Made by a program: the position numbers and the translations under genes
Origin: Fidelibacterota bacterium
GTDB taxonomy: Bacteria > Fidelibacterota > UBA2242
Reading direction: 5' to 3'
Length of the DNA stretch: 64,000 nt
NCBI GenBank assembly: GCA_049975265.1
Contig: JBNGDF010000003.1
Span: 66,995-130,994, forward strand
Part shown: in pieces, positions 40,271 to 49,944 of the stretch
Numbering within the stretch: position 1 is the first letter of the stretch
Layout of the letters: the number at the start of each line of letters is the position of its first letter
Notes under the pieces: generated by a model
What the model saw: the letters and a program-made list of their open reading frames with translations, nothing else
What the model was told of the DNA's origin: nothing
Database searches by the model: none

Positions 40271-41014
40271 TTGGCAGTTAGAATCAGATTACTTCGGACA
40301 GGAAGAAAAAAGAAACCATCTTACCGGATTGTGGTAATGGACTCACGGGTGCGTCGTGACGGGCGCTATCTGGAAAAAGTGGGTACTTACTATCCCCTAA
40401 ACAAACCGGCTGAAGTGAATATTGACAAGGAAAAAGTCTTGAAATGGCTGGAGAAAGGCGCCGAACCCTCAAAGACGGTATTTAATCTGCTGCAAAAAGA
40501 GGGCATCGCTCTGGATTGGCATCTGATCCGCAATAAAGCCGGTGAGCAGGTGCGAAACGTGGAAATGCAGAAGTTTGAACTGGCAAAAAAGGTCCGTGAA
40601 GAGAAAAAATCGAGCGCCAAAGCGAAACCGGAAACTGGGAAGGAACCGACTCCTCCCACACAACCCGAAGAGGAAGCGGCTGAAAAGCCTGTGACCACCG
40701 AAGAACCGGTCGCTGAAACCATCAGTGCAAAAGAGACAGCTGATGAGGAAAAAGCGACAGAAGCGACTCCGGAAGATGAGCAAAAAACGGAGAGCGATGC
40801 AGAAGAGACTGCAGAAGAGTCAGTGAAGGACAAAGACGCCCCCGAAACCGTTCCGGAGACAGAAGAAAAAGCAGTGGAAGAACCGGAAACGAAGCCAGCC
40901 GAAGAGCCGGTTTCTAAAGTAAATGAAGTCATTGAAAAGGTAGAGGAGACCACTGCTGAGGAAAAAGCCGCAGAATCCGATGAAATTGATGAAAAGAAAA
41001 AGGAAGCAGAATAG
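40271..41014 (+). CDS. rpsP: 30S ribosomal protein S16 with long acidic C-terminal extension
   Basis: [45 protein letters not shown] start with SD GGAGG. E/K/T/A-rich tail. Confidence 0.96.
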   Translation: MAVRIRLLRTGRKKKPSYRIVVMDSRVRRDGRYLEKVGTYYPLNKPAEVNIDKEKVLKWLEKGAEPSKTVFNLLQKEGIALDWHLIRNKAGEQVRNVEMQKFELAKKVREEKKSSAKAKPETGKEPTPPTQPEEEAAEKPVTTEEPVAETISAKETADEEKATEATPEDEQKTESDAEETAEESVKDKDAPETVPETEEKAVEEPETKPAEEPVSKVNEVIEKVEETTAEEKAAESDEIDEKKKEAE

Positions 41015-41130
41015 CGGATCGAAGGTAGACACATTTATTTTGGATTTTCTTGATAATTTTGTATTAAATTCTTACGATTACCGGATATTGAAATGATGTT
41101 CACAGAAACCAGTAATAAGGAGTAGCAGTT

Positions 41131-41364
41131 ATGAAAGACTTCATCGAGTACATTGTCAAGAAATTGGTGGATCATCCAGATGAGGTACGGGTTTCTCAGA
41201 TCGACAGTGAAAAAACTGTCATTATGGAATTGCAGGTAAAAGAAGGTGATCTGGGGAAGGTAATTGGTAAAAAAGGACGCACAGCCAAAGCCTTGCGGAC
41301 TCTTCTGACGGCTGCTGCAGCGAAGCAGGGGCAGAAACGCGCGATATTGGAAATTATTGAGTAA
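41131..41364 (+). CDS. khpA: KH-domain RNA-binding protein KhpA
   Basis: LVDHPDEV, DLGKVIGKKGRTAKALR. Conserved rpsP-khpA-rimM order. Confidence 0.93.
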   Translation: MKDFIEYIVKKLVDHPDEVRVSQIDSEKTVIMELQVKEGDLGKVIGKKGRTAKALRTLLTAAAAKQGQKRAILEIIE

Positions 41365-41366
41365 TT

Positions 41367-41873
41367 GTGGATGTTAAAAGCAGCAAAATCCGGATCGGGT
41401 ATGTTCAGAAGGGTCGGGGTTTAAAAGGCGAGCTGCTGGTTGCGCTGACATCTGCAGAGATTGAGATTGAAAAAGGAATAAGGACAGTCTGGTTAGGAGA
41501 TGATTCTGACCGGATGAATCCTTGGGAAGTGGAATACGTGTGCCCAAGGGGTTCAAACGCTATTTTAAAATTGAAGGATGTAACATCGCGGGAACAGACC
41601 GATTTTCTGAGGGGAATGGCTCTCTATGTTGAGATCAAAGAGGTTTCGATAAACGCCCCGGTCGATATGTTGGGATATGCTGCCATTTCCGCCGGTGATA
41701 ACACGCGGATTGGAACTGTAACCGGAATAGAAGCATCTGATTTTCAGCAGCGGTTGATTGTTCAGAACGGTGAAAAAACCGTGGAAATTCCGGCAGTAGA
41801 TGAATTTATCAAGAGCGTTGACCACAACGACAAAGTTGTCAAAATCGTGTTAATCGACGGAATGGAAAGTTAG
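41367..41873 (+). CDS. rimM: Ribosome maturation factor RimM
   Basis: IGYVQKGRGLKGEL, IPAVDEFIKSVD. Synteny with trmD. Confidence 0.88.
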   Translation: MDVKSSKIRIGYVQKGRGLKGELLVALTSAEIEIEKGIRTVWLGDDSDRMNPWEVEYVCPRGSNAILKLKDVTSREQTDFLRGMALYVEIKEVSINAPVDMLGYAAISAGDNTRIGTVTGIEASDFQQRLIVQNGEKTVEIPAVDEFIKSVDHNDKVVKIVLIDGMES

Positions 41874-42572
41874 ATGAAGATCTGGTTCGTAACTGTATTT
41901 CCGGAAATGATCGCGGCGTACTTGAACGAGAGCATGTTCCGAAAAGCCGTCGAACAGCAGTTGGTCTGTTTTGAGGTCTGGGATTTGCGGGATTTTACCA
42001 CGGACAGACATCGACAGGTGGATGACAAACCTTTTGGCGGCGGAGCCGGTATGGTGCTGAAAGCGGAGCCCTTTTTTCGTGCCTACGACCGGTTGAAAAA
42101 GATGCATCCGGATACACCTTTTCGGATTATCTGTCCGTCACCTCAGGGGCATCTCCTTAATCACCGGCGTGCGGTGGATTTAGCCGGGGGATCAGACCTT
42201 GTATTTTTCTGCGGGCATTACAAGGGCATTGATGAGCGGGTGATGGAGAATCTGGTGGATGAAGAGATCAGTATCGGTGATTACGTATTAACCGGTGGCG
42301 AACTGCCGGCACTGGTGATTGCCGATTCTATTATTCGGCATATTCCCGGTGTGTTGCACTCCTACGAATCGGCAGAAACGGATTCCTTTGCAGACGAATT
42401 GCTGGAAGGCCCGATTTACACTCAGCCGCGGGAATACCGCGGACTCAAGGTTCCGGACATTTTGCTGAGTGGGAATCATCAAAAGATTGAAGAATGGCGT
42501 CAACAGCAACGCCTTGAAAGGACAAAGCAAAAACGTAGTGAATTGCTGAATGAGAAAAATGAAAAAAAATGA
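41874..42572 (+). CDS. trmD: tRNA (guanine-N1)-methyltransferase
   Basis: [48 protein letters not shown]. Confidence 0.98.
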   Translation: MKIWFVTVFPEMIAAYLNESMFRKAVEQQLVCFEVWDLRDFTTDRHRQVDDKPFGGGAGMVLKAEPFFRAYDRLKKMHPDTPFRIICPSPQGHLLNHRRAVDLAGGSDLVFFCGHYKGIDERVMENLVDEEISIGDYVLTGGELPALVIADSIIRHIPGVLHSYESAETDSFADELLEGPIYTQPREYRGLKVPDILLSGNHQKIEEWRQQQRLERTKQKRSELLNEKNEKK

Positions 42573-42586
42573 TATTGGAGGAAAAA

Positions 42587-42928
42587 ATGGATAAACTCGC
42601 TGCAGCCAGCGCAGAACAGATTCGCACGGATATTCCCGATTTCAAAGCCGGGGATACCGTAGCGGTTGAATACAAAATTATTGAAGGCAACCGGGAGAGA
42701 ACACAGCGTTTCCAGGGAGTCGTAATCGCCAGGAGTGGTGGCGGTATCAACGAGACCTTTACGGTACGGAAGATATCAAACGGAATCGGCGTGGAGCGGA
42801 TTTTCCCGCTGCATTCGCCCAAAATAAGCAGTATCGAACGGATTTCCGTTGGTAAAGTTCGACGCGCTAAACTCTACTATCTGCGCGGACTCAAAGGGAA
42901 AGCGGCAAGAATCAAGGAGAAGCGCTAA
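42587..42928 (+). CDS. rplS: 50S ribosomal protein L19
   Basis: [41 protein letters not shown] 42587 has SD GGAGG. Confidence 0.98.
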   Translation: MDKLAAASAEQIRTDIPDFKAGDTVAVEYKIIEGNRERTQRFQGVVIARSGGGINETFTVRKISNGIGVERIFPLHSPKISSIERISVGKVRRAKLYYLRGLKGKAARIKEKR

Positions 42929-42954
42929 GCCCTCCCGTTCCGGTTTAAGAATAT

Positions 42955-42985
42955 AAAAAAGCCCCGGTTTTTTCCGGGGCTTTTT
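42955..42985. terminator. Bidirectional rho-independent terminator between rplS and pruA
   Basis: AAAAAA-GCCCCGG-TTTTTT-CCGGGGC-TTTTT. Confidence 0.9.
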
Positions 42986-43005
42986 CACACAAAGAAACGT
43001 TTCAT

Positions 43006-44634
43006 TTACTCTTCCATAAAAGGATAACGATAATCCTTCGGCGGAATGAAATTTTCCTTAATTGTGCGGGGTGAGACCCAGCGCAGCAGGTTGATCATGC
43101 TGCCGGCTTTATCGTTGGTACCGGACGCCCGGCTGCCACCGAAAGGCTGCTGTCCGACGACGGCGCCGGTGGGTTTGTCATTGATGTAGAAATTGCCGGC
43201 GGCATGCCGCAGCACCTCGGAAGCAAGGGAGATCGCCTGCCGGTCATGGGCAAAGACAGCGCCGGTAAGGGCGTAAGGTGAGGTCTCATCGCAGAGTTTT
43301 AAGGTTTTTTCGTAATCACTGTCTGCATATACATAGATCGTCAGAACAGGACCGAATATTTCCTCTTCCATTGTCTTAAAATGCGGATTGCTGGTAACAA
43401 TGATGGTCGGTTCGATAAAATAGCCTTTGGAATCATCGGCTATCCCGCCGGCTATGATTTCGGCGTCGACAGCGTTTCGGGCAAAATCAATATAGGTGCG
43501 GATATTTTCAAAAGCGACCCGATCGATGACGGCATTGAAGAAGTTGCGGAAATCACGCACATCGCCGATGGTGATAGTCTGGATCGTGTCCAGCAGTTTT
43601 GTTTTCAGTTCAGACCAGGTGGATTGCGGAACATAGGCGCGGGAAACTGCCGAGCATTTCTGACCTTGATATTCGTATGCACCGCGGATCAGAGCAGTAT
43701 TCAGCTCATCGAGATCGCAGCTGTTATGAGCGAAAACAAAATCCTTACCGCCGGTTTCACCGACGATTCGGGGATAGCTCCTGTAGGAAGCGATGTTCTC
43801 ACCGATGGTTTTCCACATGCTTTGAAAGACAGCCGTACTGCCGGTGAAATGGACGCCTGCCAGTTTTGGGTGGGAGAGTACTTTGGGTCCGACATCTCTG
43901 CCGCTGCCGGGTATGAAATTGATGACGCCCGGAGGCAGACCCGCTTCTTCGAGCAGTTTGATCAAATAGTAGGCGGTGAACACGGCTGACGACGCCGGTT
44001 TCCAAAGGACAGTATTGCCCATCATGGCGGGCGCGGTGGGGAGATTGCCGGCGATAGAGGTGAAATTGAACGGAGTTACCGCAAAGACAAAACCTTCCAG
44101 CGCACGCTGTTCGACCCGGTTCCACTGACCGGGTGGAGAGAACGGCTGCTGTTCATAAATCTTCTCCATAAATTTAACGTTGAAATTCCAGAAGTCGATC
44201 AGCTCGCAGGCAGAATCGATCTCCGCCTGAAAGACGTTTTTACTCTGGTTCAACATGGTTGCCGCATTGAGAATCGCCCGCCAGGGACCAGCCAGCAGAG
44301 CTGCTGCTTTTTTAAAAATGCCGGCGCGTTCCCACCAAGGCAGATTTGACCAGATATGCCAGGCTTTTTGAGAGGCTTCCACAGCCATTTCAACCTCCGT
44401 TGGACCAGCCTGATGAAATGTTGCCAGAACCTGTTGAAAATCGTGGGGCATGACCGCTTTCCCAAGCTTGCCGGTTTTGACTTCTTTGCCTCCGATGATC
44501 AGGGGAATCTCAATCTGCTCACCGGACATTTTTTCCAGAATGCCTTGCAGCTCTGCACGCTCGGCACTGCCCGGAAGATAATCTTTGACCGGTTCATTTA
44601 TGGGCTCAGGTAGTGAAAAAATGGCATTCGACAT
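43006..44634 (-). CDS. pruA: L-glutamate gamma-semialdehyde (P5C) dehydrogenase
   Basis: NEPVKDY, QAEIDSACELIDF, FTGST, GETGGK, EYQGQKCSA, EEIFGP, NFYINDKPTGAVVGQQPFGG. Confidence 0.96.
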   Translation of the reverse strand: MSNAIFSLPEPINEPVKDYLPGSAERAELQGILEKMSGEQIEIPLIIGGKEVKTGKLGKAVMPHDFQQVLATFHQAGPTEVEMAVEASQKAWHIWSNLPWWERAGIFKKAAALLAGPWRAILNAATMLNQSKNVFQAEIDSACELIDFWNFNVKFMEKIYEQQPFSPPGQWNRVEQRALEGFVFAVTPFNFTSIAGNLPTAPAMMGNTVLWKPASSAVFTAYYLIKLLEEAGLPPGVINFIPGSGRDVGPKVLSHPKLAGVHFTGSTAVFQSMWKTIGENIASYRSYPRIVGETGGKDFVFAHNSCDLDELNTALIRGAYEYQGQKCSAVSRAYVPQSTWSELKTKLLDTIQTITIGDVRDFRNFFNAVIDRVAFENIRTYIDFARNAVDAEIIAGGIADDSKGYFIEPTIIVTSNPHFKTMEEEIFGPVLTIYVYADSDYEKTLKLCDETSPYALTGAVFAHDRQAISLASEVLRHAAGNFYINDKPTGAVVGQQPFGGSRASGTNDKAGSMINLLRWVSPRTIKENFIPPKDYRYPFMEE

Positions 44635-44822
44635 GGGGCACCTTCCTTTTTATGAGTTAGACCTGTTCTTTGCGTGTAAACTTAAAATAAGTGCTGTTTG
44701 TACGATTGAATTATTCACTTTTTTAAGTTAATAAATCCAATTGAAGGGTGGTAGGATAAAATTTCCGCTTTTCCGGTTTTTTGATTGTTCTATAATTCAA
44801 AAAATATTTGCTATATTTGGTC

Positions 44823-45998
44823 ATGCGGAGAGTTGTTACTTGTTGGAAATTATGTTACTTCGGGGTGGTCATCACCATATTCCTTTTGAGCTTACCGATT
44901 ACGGCTCAAATTCAGTTGCAGCGGATTTCAATCATTGGCAATCGGAATAACGCTCCTTACTGGTCGAATTCGGCAATCATTGCCGATGCCGGAGACAATC
45001 TGCGGTTGTCCTATCTGCTGGAGGTTCGACCCGCGCATCTATACTCCACGGTCTATATTTCACCTTATCGGAATATCATCGCTGATGGTGATACGCTCGA
45101 GCAGAATTCTATTTATGCACCGGAAGACCTCTTGACCGAAGCCACCTCAATCGTATGGTACCGGGTTGAGCCGGCGAACCTGGATACCGTTTATAAAAAC
45201 CATCTGAGACTCGTGACCCCTTTTGCGGTGATTCATTACCGTGAATCAGGTATCGCTGAGTGGCAGGACAAAGAGGAAATCCGGTTGAATTCCACAGCCC
45301 TTGCCCGGCAGGTTTTTCCCGGAACTGTCTGGCTGAAAATTGAATTGCGACACGGGACCGACTTTGTCGGTTCGGCGGGTGCCGAACGGCGTTGCCTCAC
45401 GGATCGGGGTGACGATTTCGCTGGTTTAGGTGATGCGGTGTTTCGGGTCAGCTGCCGGGGGCGGACCGGCTCAAAACTACTGGATAATGTGTTGCTTTAC
45501 CGCAACCTCCCATTCATCGTAAACCCCGTTTCATTTGACCGTGATTGGAATAATCACCAGACAAGCCGGTGGATCGGCGGCAATCTGAGTACTTTCATTG
45601 TTGCAGCGGCATTGCAGCTGGATGTTTTTTTATTGGATTATATCGAAAAACTACCCCTGCCGGAGTATAACTATTTTACGGTGACGGAATATGTACACAG
45701 GGGGCTCGTGCGGCAATCCGATTTTTACCTGTCACCCGACGACTGCAAAGAGGTTGCACTGGATAATCACCTTTTTAACCAGGGCGATATTATTATCAGC
45801 CGGTCAGAGGCAGCCCTGTTTTATCAGGACCGCAGTGCGCCGGATTCGGAGTACGCCGGTGAAGGGAATCAGCGGCTGGACCGCTTCGACCTTGTTCTGG
45901 AATGCAATGACGGATCACTGCGATGGGGCACGTTGCAGGAGACGCTGGGGGATACCATCAGCCTGATCCGCTGGAAACGACGCTGGTTACGGTATTAG
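44823..45998 (+). CDS. Hypothetical exported protein, possibly a degenerate NlpC/P60-like fold
   Basis: N-terminal signal-like segment ending ITAQ. No intact catalytic motif. Start at 44808 or 44823. Confidence 0.55.
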   Translation: MRRVVTCWKLCYFGVVITIFLLSLPITAQIQLQRISIIGNRNNAPYWSNSAIIADAGDNLRLSYLLEVRPAHLYSTVYISPYRNIIADGDTLEQNSIYAPEDLLTEATSIVWYRVEPANLDTVYKNHLRLVTPFAVIHYRESGIAEWQDKEEIRLNSTALARQVFPGTVWLKIELRHGTDFVGSAGAERRCLTDRGDDFAGLGDAVFRVSCRGRTGSKLLDNVLLYRNLPFIVNPVSFDRDWNNHQTSRWIGGNLSTFIVAAALQLDVFLLDYIEKLPLPEYNYFTVTEYVHRGLVRQSDFYLSPDDCKEVALDNHLFNQGDIIISRSEAALFYQDRSAPDSEYAGEGNQRLDRFDLVLECNDGSLRWGTLQETLGDTISLIRWKRRWLRY

Positions 45999-46024
45999 GA
46001 TTGTTGTATAGATGTGATGATATA

Positions 46025-46363
46025 TTACTGAAGAATCTTCTGGGCGGCGGTTTCCGGATCATTTACGATCGGGAAAATCGGTAACAATCCGGCGATTTCA
46101 AAGACCTCTTTAATGTCATCCTTCACCGAACACAAAATCATTTTACCGCCGAACTGATTTAGTTTTTTTGCCGCACCAAGCAGCACTCTCAAACCGGCAC
46201 TGCTGATATAGTTGAGTTCGGAAAAATCAAGGATGAATTTGGTATTATTTGGATCAATTACCGGAATTAATTTTTTTTCCAAATCACCCGACGTATTAGA
46301 ATCCAAACTTCCTTCAATTGCATAAATGTAAATGTTTTCAATTTTTTCGATATTTACCTGCAT
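46025..46363 (-). CDS. STAS-domain anti-sigma factor antagonist (RsbV/SpoIIAA-like)
   Basis: GSLDSNT, LDFSELNYISSAGLRVLL (phosphoacceptor Ser), VFEIAGL. Confidence 0.93.
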   Translation of the reverse strand: MQVNIEKIENIYIYAIEGSLDSNTSGDLEKKLIPVIDPNNTKFILDFSELNYISSAGLRVLLGAAKKLNQFGGKMILCSVKDDIKEVFEIAGLLPIFPIVNDPETAAQKILQ

Positions 46364-46387
46364 TCCCTACCCTTTTTTTCTTATCGG

Positions 46388-46810
46388 TTACTTATATTCA
46401 CGTTTCTTGGTTAAAACTAAGGTATTTTTCCCATTTTTGGAACTGTAATTTATCTCATCCATCATATTTTTAATCAGGTAGATACCCAGCCCGCCGATTT
46501 TCCGCTCAGTCAGATCACTCTGCACGTCCGGTTCCGGAGCATCCGCCGGGTCAAAGGGGTGGCTATCGTCGATAATCTCTAATTTCTGGTAGTCCTTTTC
46601 CAGGGTGTAGTGGATATCGATGAAGTGTTCTTTTTTATCTGAATAGCCATACGAGATGATATTGGTCAGGATTTCGTCGATTGCCAGATGCAGGGTAAAG
46701 ATTTCCTTATCCGGCACGGTATGTGCACGACTAAACCGGTCGATCTCGTCGCAGACATGCTCGATTTCAGGAATTTTATTGGCTATGTGAATTTCGATAG
46801 AGTTGGCCAC
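46388..46810 (-). CDS. RsbW/SpoIIAB-like serine kinase (HATPase_c_2)
   Basis: LAIDEILTNIISYGY (N box), IIDDSHPFDP, RKIGGLGIYLIKNMMD, GKNTLVLTK. Confidence 0.9.
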   Translation of the reverse strand: MANSIEIHIANKIPEIEHVCDEIDRFSRAHTVPDKEIFTLHLAIDEILTNIISYGYSDKKEHFIDIHYTLEKDYQKLEIIDDSHPFDPADAPEPDVQSDLTERKIGGLGIYLIKNMMDEINYSSKNGKNTLVLTKKREYK

Positions 46811-46827
46811 ATTTACCGCCTGCTGTT

Positions 46828-47778
46828 TTAGAGCTTGACTTCCAGACCTTCCACTGCCAGGAAAATGTCCAGATTACAATCGGGATAATTTATGTTGCTG
46901 TAGTCGATGGATTTTTGGAGAATGGCTTCAATCTCGAAATCGTCCCGTTCCGGTTCATGGTGAAAGAGGGCGAGACGTTTGACATCCGCCTGGACGGCGA
47001 AGTCGATACCCACCAGCGCCGAACTGTGTCCCCAATCCTCTTTATGAATCGCCTCTTCGAAGGTATATTGCGCATCAAAAACCAGCAGACCGGCGTTTTT
47101 AAAAAATTCCAAATATTTTTTTGTATTATTACTGGTTAAATCTTTATACTCCGAGTCGGTGGCGTACACAAAGGATTTGTCTTCGTAATCCACCCGGAAT
47201 CCGAAGCAGCCGCCGGGGTGATACAGCGGAAAGTTCGTGATTTTTACTTCGCCAATATGGATACTGCCGTTATGCTCCAATTGAATAAACTCTTTTTTAG
47301 CGCCCATCTGGTTCAGGGCAACCGGGAAAAAGCGGTAATCCTGCTGGATTTCGAGCCGCTCTTTTAAGTTTGGATGACCGCTGTAGAAGTGGATAGTGTT
47401 ATTGGGCAGAAAAGCCGGCGCAAAAAAAGGAAAACCGGACAGATGATCCCAGTGAGTATGAGTAATAAAAATATGAAGATCTAGTCCTTCGGTCGTTTGA
47501 TCATTTTTCATAATGTAGTTGCCGAGATTTTTTATCCCACTCCCCATATCGAAAATGATCAGCTGATTGTCCGCCCGAACTTCAATACAGGCGGTATTTC
47601 CGCCGATTGTGCCTACTTCCACGGGCGACAGGCTATCGATATAGCGATTGATTGCCGCCGGATCGGACAACTGTTTTTCATTGATTTTATGGAGGATACG
47701 CTGGATTTTCTGTTTTATCTGAAGGCTGGTTTGAGGTGTAGGTATGGACCCTCTCACGCCCCAAAATTTGACTTTCAT
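46828..47778 (-). CDS. MBL-fold metallo-hydrolase (phosphodiesterase-like)
   Basis: MKVKFWGVRGSIPTP, GGNTACIEV, THTHWDH, HPGG, DAQY, WGHS, LFHHEP. ATG 47778 has SD GGAG; the ORF-track start 47859 falls inside the promoter spacer. Confidence 0.88.
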   Translation of the reverse strand: MKVKFWGVRGSIPTPQTSLQIKQKIQRILHKINEKQLSDPAAINRYIDSLSPVEVGTIGGNTACIEVRADNQLIIFDMGSGIKNLGNYIMKNDQTTEGLDLHIFITHTHWDHLSGFPFFAPAFLPNNTIHFYSGHPNLKERLEIQQDYRFFPVALNQMGAKKEFIQLEHNGSIHIGEVKITNFPLYHPGGCFGFRVDYEDKSFVYATDSEYKDLTSNNTKKYLEFFKNAGLLVFDAQYTFEEAIHKEDWGHSSALVGIDFAVQADVKRLALFHHEPERDDFEIEAILQKSIDYSNINYPDCNLDIFLAVEGLEVKL

Positions 47779-47837
47779 CGGATTCTCCAATCGCTGACTG
47801 CTTGCTGATGTTGCCGCATTCTTCATTGTATGAAGAC

Positions 47838-47866
47838 AATTTATCTTTTGGCAGAACATATTGCAA
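47838..47866 (-). promoter_or_regulatory. Putative promoter of the MBL-kinase-STAS operon
   Basis: Minus strand TTGCAA, 17 bp, TAAATT. Confidence 0.6.
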
Positions 47867-48014
47867 TAAAAATTATGACCATTCGGAAAGGTTGTAAAAA
47901 GAGGAACGGCTCGTTATAAAAGCGGGACCGGTTTGGCTTCAGAAGTGATCCAGATTACACATTGTGAGTGGTGGGAACGAAGTTGTTGGAAATATTACTC
48001 ACCGATGGCAATGC

Positions 48015-48043
48015 TTGGAATAAATGTAAAAACCGGCTAAATT
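48015..48043 (+). promoter_or_regulatory. Putative promoter of the metallopeptidase gene
   Basis: TTGGAA, 17 bp, TAAATT. Confidence 0.55.
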
Positions 48044-48085
48044 TTTCCATGTTTTTCATCAATATTATGCAGAAAAGAGGAACCT

Positions 48086-49765
48086 ATGAAATACATGTTC
48101 ATTCTCTTGCTGGTCGGGTTGGCGGTTTCCTGCTCTGACAAATCGGCGCAGGTGGAAATGGACGCCCGGCAATTGATCGATAGTCTGACGGTAGTAGTAA
48201 AGCCTCTTCAAAAAGAGAGCGCCCTGGCATATTGGAATGCCTCCGCCAGCGGTGAGGATCAATACTATGACCGTTATGCGGAGTTGAACATGGAATTAAC
48301 GGAAGTCTTTTCCAATCCGCAGACTTTCAAGAAGCTGGAACGTTTTAAAAGCGCCAAAATCAGGAATCCGGAGTTAGCCCGGCAGGTCGAGCTGCTCTAT
48401 TTGCAGTTTTTAGCCAATCAGACCGATCCCGAACTGCTCAATCAAATCACGCGGTTATCTACACAGGTGGAGCAACGGTTCAATACTTTCCGGGCAGTCG
48501 TGGATGGTAAACAATTAAGTACGAACGAGATTAAAGAGATCTTATCAAGCAGCAAAGACCAGGAGCTGCGTAGAAAGGTCTGGGAGGCGTCGAAGCAGGT
48601 TGGTCCGTTGGTGGAGAAGGATTTTATCAGGTTGGTGGAATTACGTAACCAATCCGCCCGGGCTGTCGGATTCGACAATTTTTATGAAATGCAATTAATT
48701 CTCGGAGAACAGGAACCGGCGGAAATTGAACGCATTTTTACAGAGTTGGATGAGACTACCCGTCAACCCTTTGTTGAAATAAAGCAAGAGATCGATCAGA
48801 ATCTGGCGGAACAGTTCGGAATCTCACCTGCGGAGCTGCGCCCCTGGCACTATTCGGATCCCTTTTTTCAGGAGGCTCCGGTGGTGACAGAGGTCAATCT
48901 TGATCAGTACTATCAGGATCAGGATGTGGTTGAATTAGCCCGCCAGTTTTATAACAGCATCGGTATAAATGTGGATACAATCCTTGAAAACAGTGATCTG
49001 TACGAACGGGAGAATAAATATCCCCACGCCTACTGTACCAACATCGATCATGAGGGGGACGTCCGGGTAATGATGAATGTCAATCCGACTGAAGCCTGGA
49101 TGTCGACGGCGTTGCATGAACTGGGGCACGCCGTTTATGATCTGAAACAGGATTTCAGTGCGCCCTATTTTTTGCGGGGACCGACACACGCCTTTACAAC
49201 CGAGGCAGTGGCGATTTTCTTCGAGCGCCTGTCCAAAAATCCCAACTGGATGCAGCAAGCGCTGAATCTGACGGATCAACAGAAGCGGGCTATTAGCGAT
49301 TTGACCGCCAAAACACTCCGGATGGAAAAACTGGTCTTTGCGCGCTGGTCTCTGGTGATGCTGAATTTCGAGAAGGAATTGTATGCCGATCCCACTCAGG
49401 ATTTGAATGTATTATGGTGGGACCTGGTGGAGAAATACCAGATGGTAAACCGTCCGGAGGGGCGAAATATGCCCGATTATGCCGCCAAGATTCACATCTG
49501 TCTCTATCCGGTCTATTATCACAACTACCAGCTGGGTGGTCTGCTAGAGGCACAATTTCGGAAGGCACTGGCACGCAGTCAGGACCTGAAAAATGTACAG
49601 GATATTCGTTATATGAATAATCCCGAAGTTGGTCGCTTTTTTGTCGAAAAGGTCTTTTTTCCCGGCAAGCGCTACCGCTGGGACGAGATGATTATCCGTG
49701 CCACTGGCGAGAGGCTGACTTCCCGCTATTTTACTGAGCAGTTGAGATCGGCGGTTGGAAATTGA
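48086..49765 (+). CDS. Lipoprotein zinc metallopeptidase (M2/M3 gluzincin type)
   Basis: Lipobox LAVSC, PWHYSDPFFQEAP, HAYC, HELGH zinc motif, downstream TEAVA, VYYHNY. Confidence 0.88.
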   Translation: MKYMFILLLVGLAVSCSDKSAQVEMDARQLIDSLTVVVKPLQKESALAYWNASASGEDQYYDRYAELNMELTEVFSNPQTFKKLERFKSAKIRNPELARQVELLYLQFLANQTDPELLNQITRLSTQVEQRFNTFRAVVDGKQLSTNEIKEILSSSKDQELRRKVWEASKQVGPLVEKDFIRLVELRNQSARAVGFDNFYEMQLILGEQEPAEIERIFTELDETTRQPFVEIKQEIDQNLAEQFGISPAELRPWHYSDPFFQEAPVVTEVNLDQYYQDQDVVELARQFYNSIGINVDTILENSDLYERENKYPHAYCTNIDHEGDVRVMMNVNPTEAWMSTALHELGHAVYDLKQDFSAPYFLRGPTHAFTTEAVAIFFERLSKNPNWMQQALNLTDQQKRAISDLTAKTLRMEKLVFARWSLVMLNFEKELYADPTQDLNVLWWDLVEKYQMVNRPEGRNMPDYAAKIHICLYPVYYHNYQLGGLLEAQFRKALARSQDLKNVQDIRYMNNPEVGRFFVEKVFFPGKRYRWDEMIIRATGERLTSRYFTEQLRSAVGN

Positions 49766-49837
49766 GTAAAACCTCGATAAAGAACCTCTTTCGGTATCTT
49801 TTTCTGCTGTGGGGAGCTCTGGAGTGTACGAAAGTGC

Positions 49838-49866
49838 TTGACAGTTAGAAATTTATCCATAATTTT
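49838..49866 (+). promoter_or_regulatory. Putative promoter of the LysM-FecR / PP2C / PKD operon
   Basis: TTGACA (49838-49843), 16 bp, TAATTT (49860-49865). Confidence 0.5.
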
Positions 49867-49944
49867 CAAGCTACATTTTAAATGGGGAGGGGGAACCAGG
49901 TAAACATCCCGCAATATGTATCAACAAACCATTTTTAGGAAAAA

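Noticed and set aside
40390-41034. 214-aa Ser-rich ORF antisense to rpsP
   Set aside because: Shadow of the Glu/Lys-rich tail codons.
42994-43003. GAAACGTTTC palindrome resembling the LacI operator core
   Set aside because: It lies between convergent gene ends, not in a promoter.
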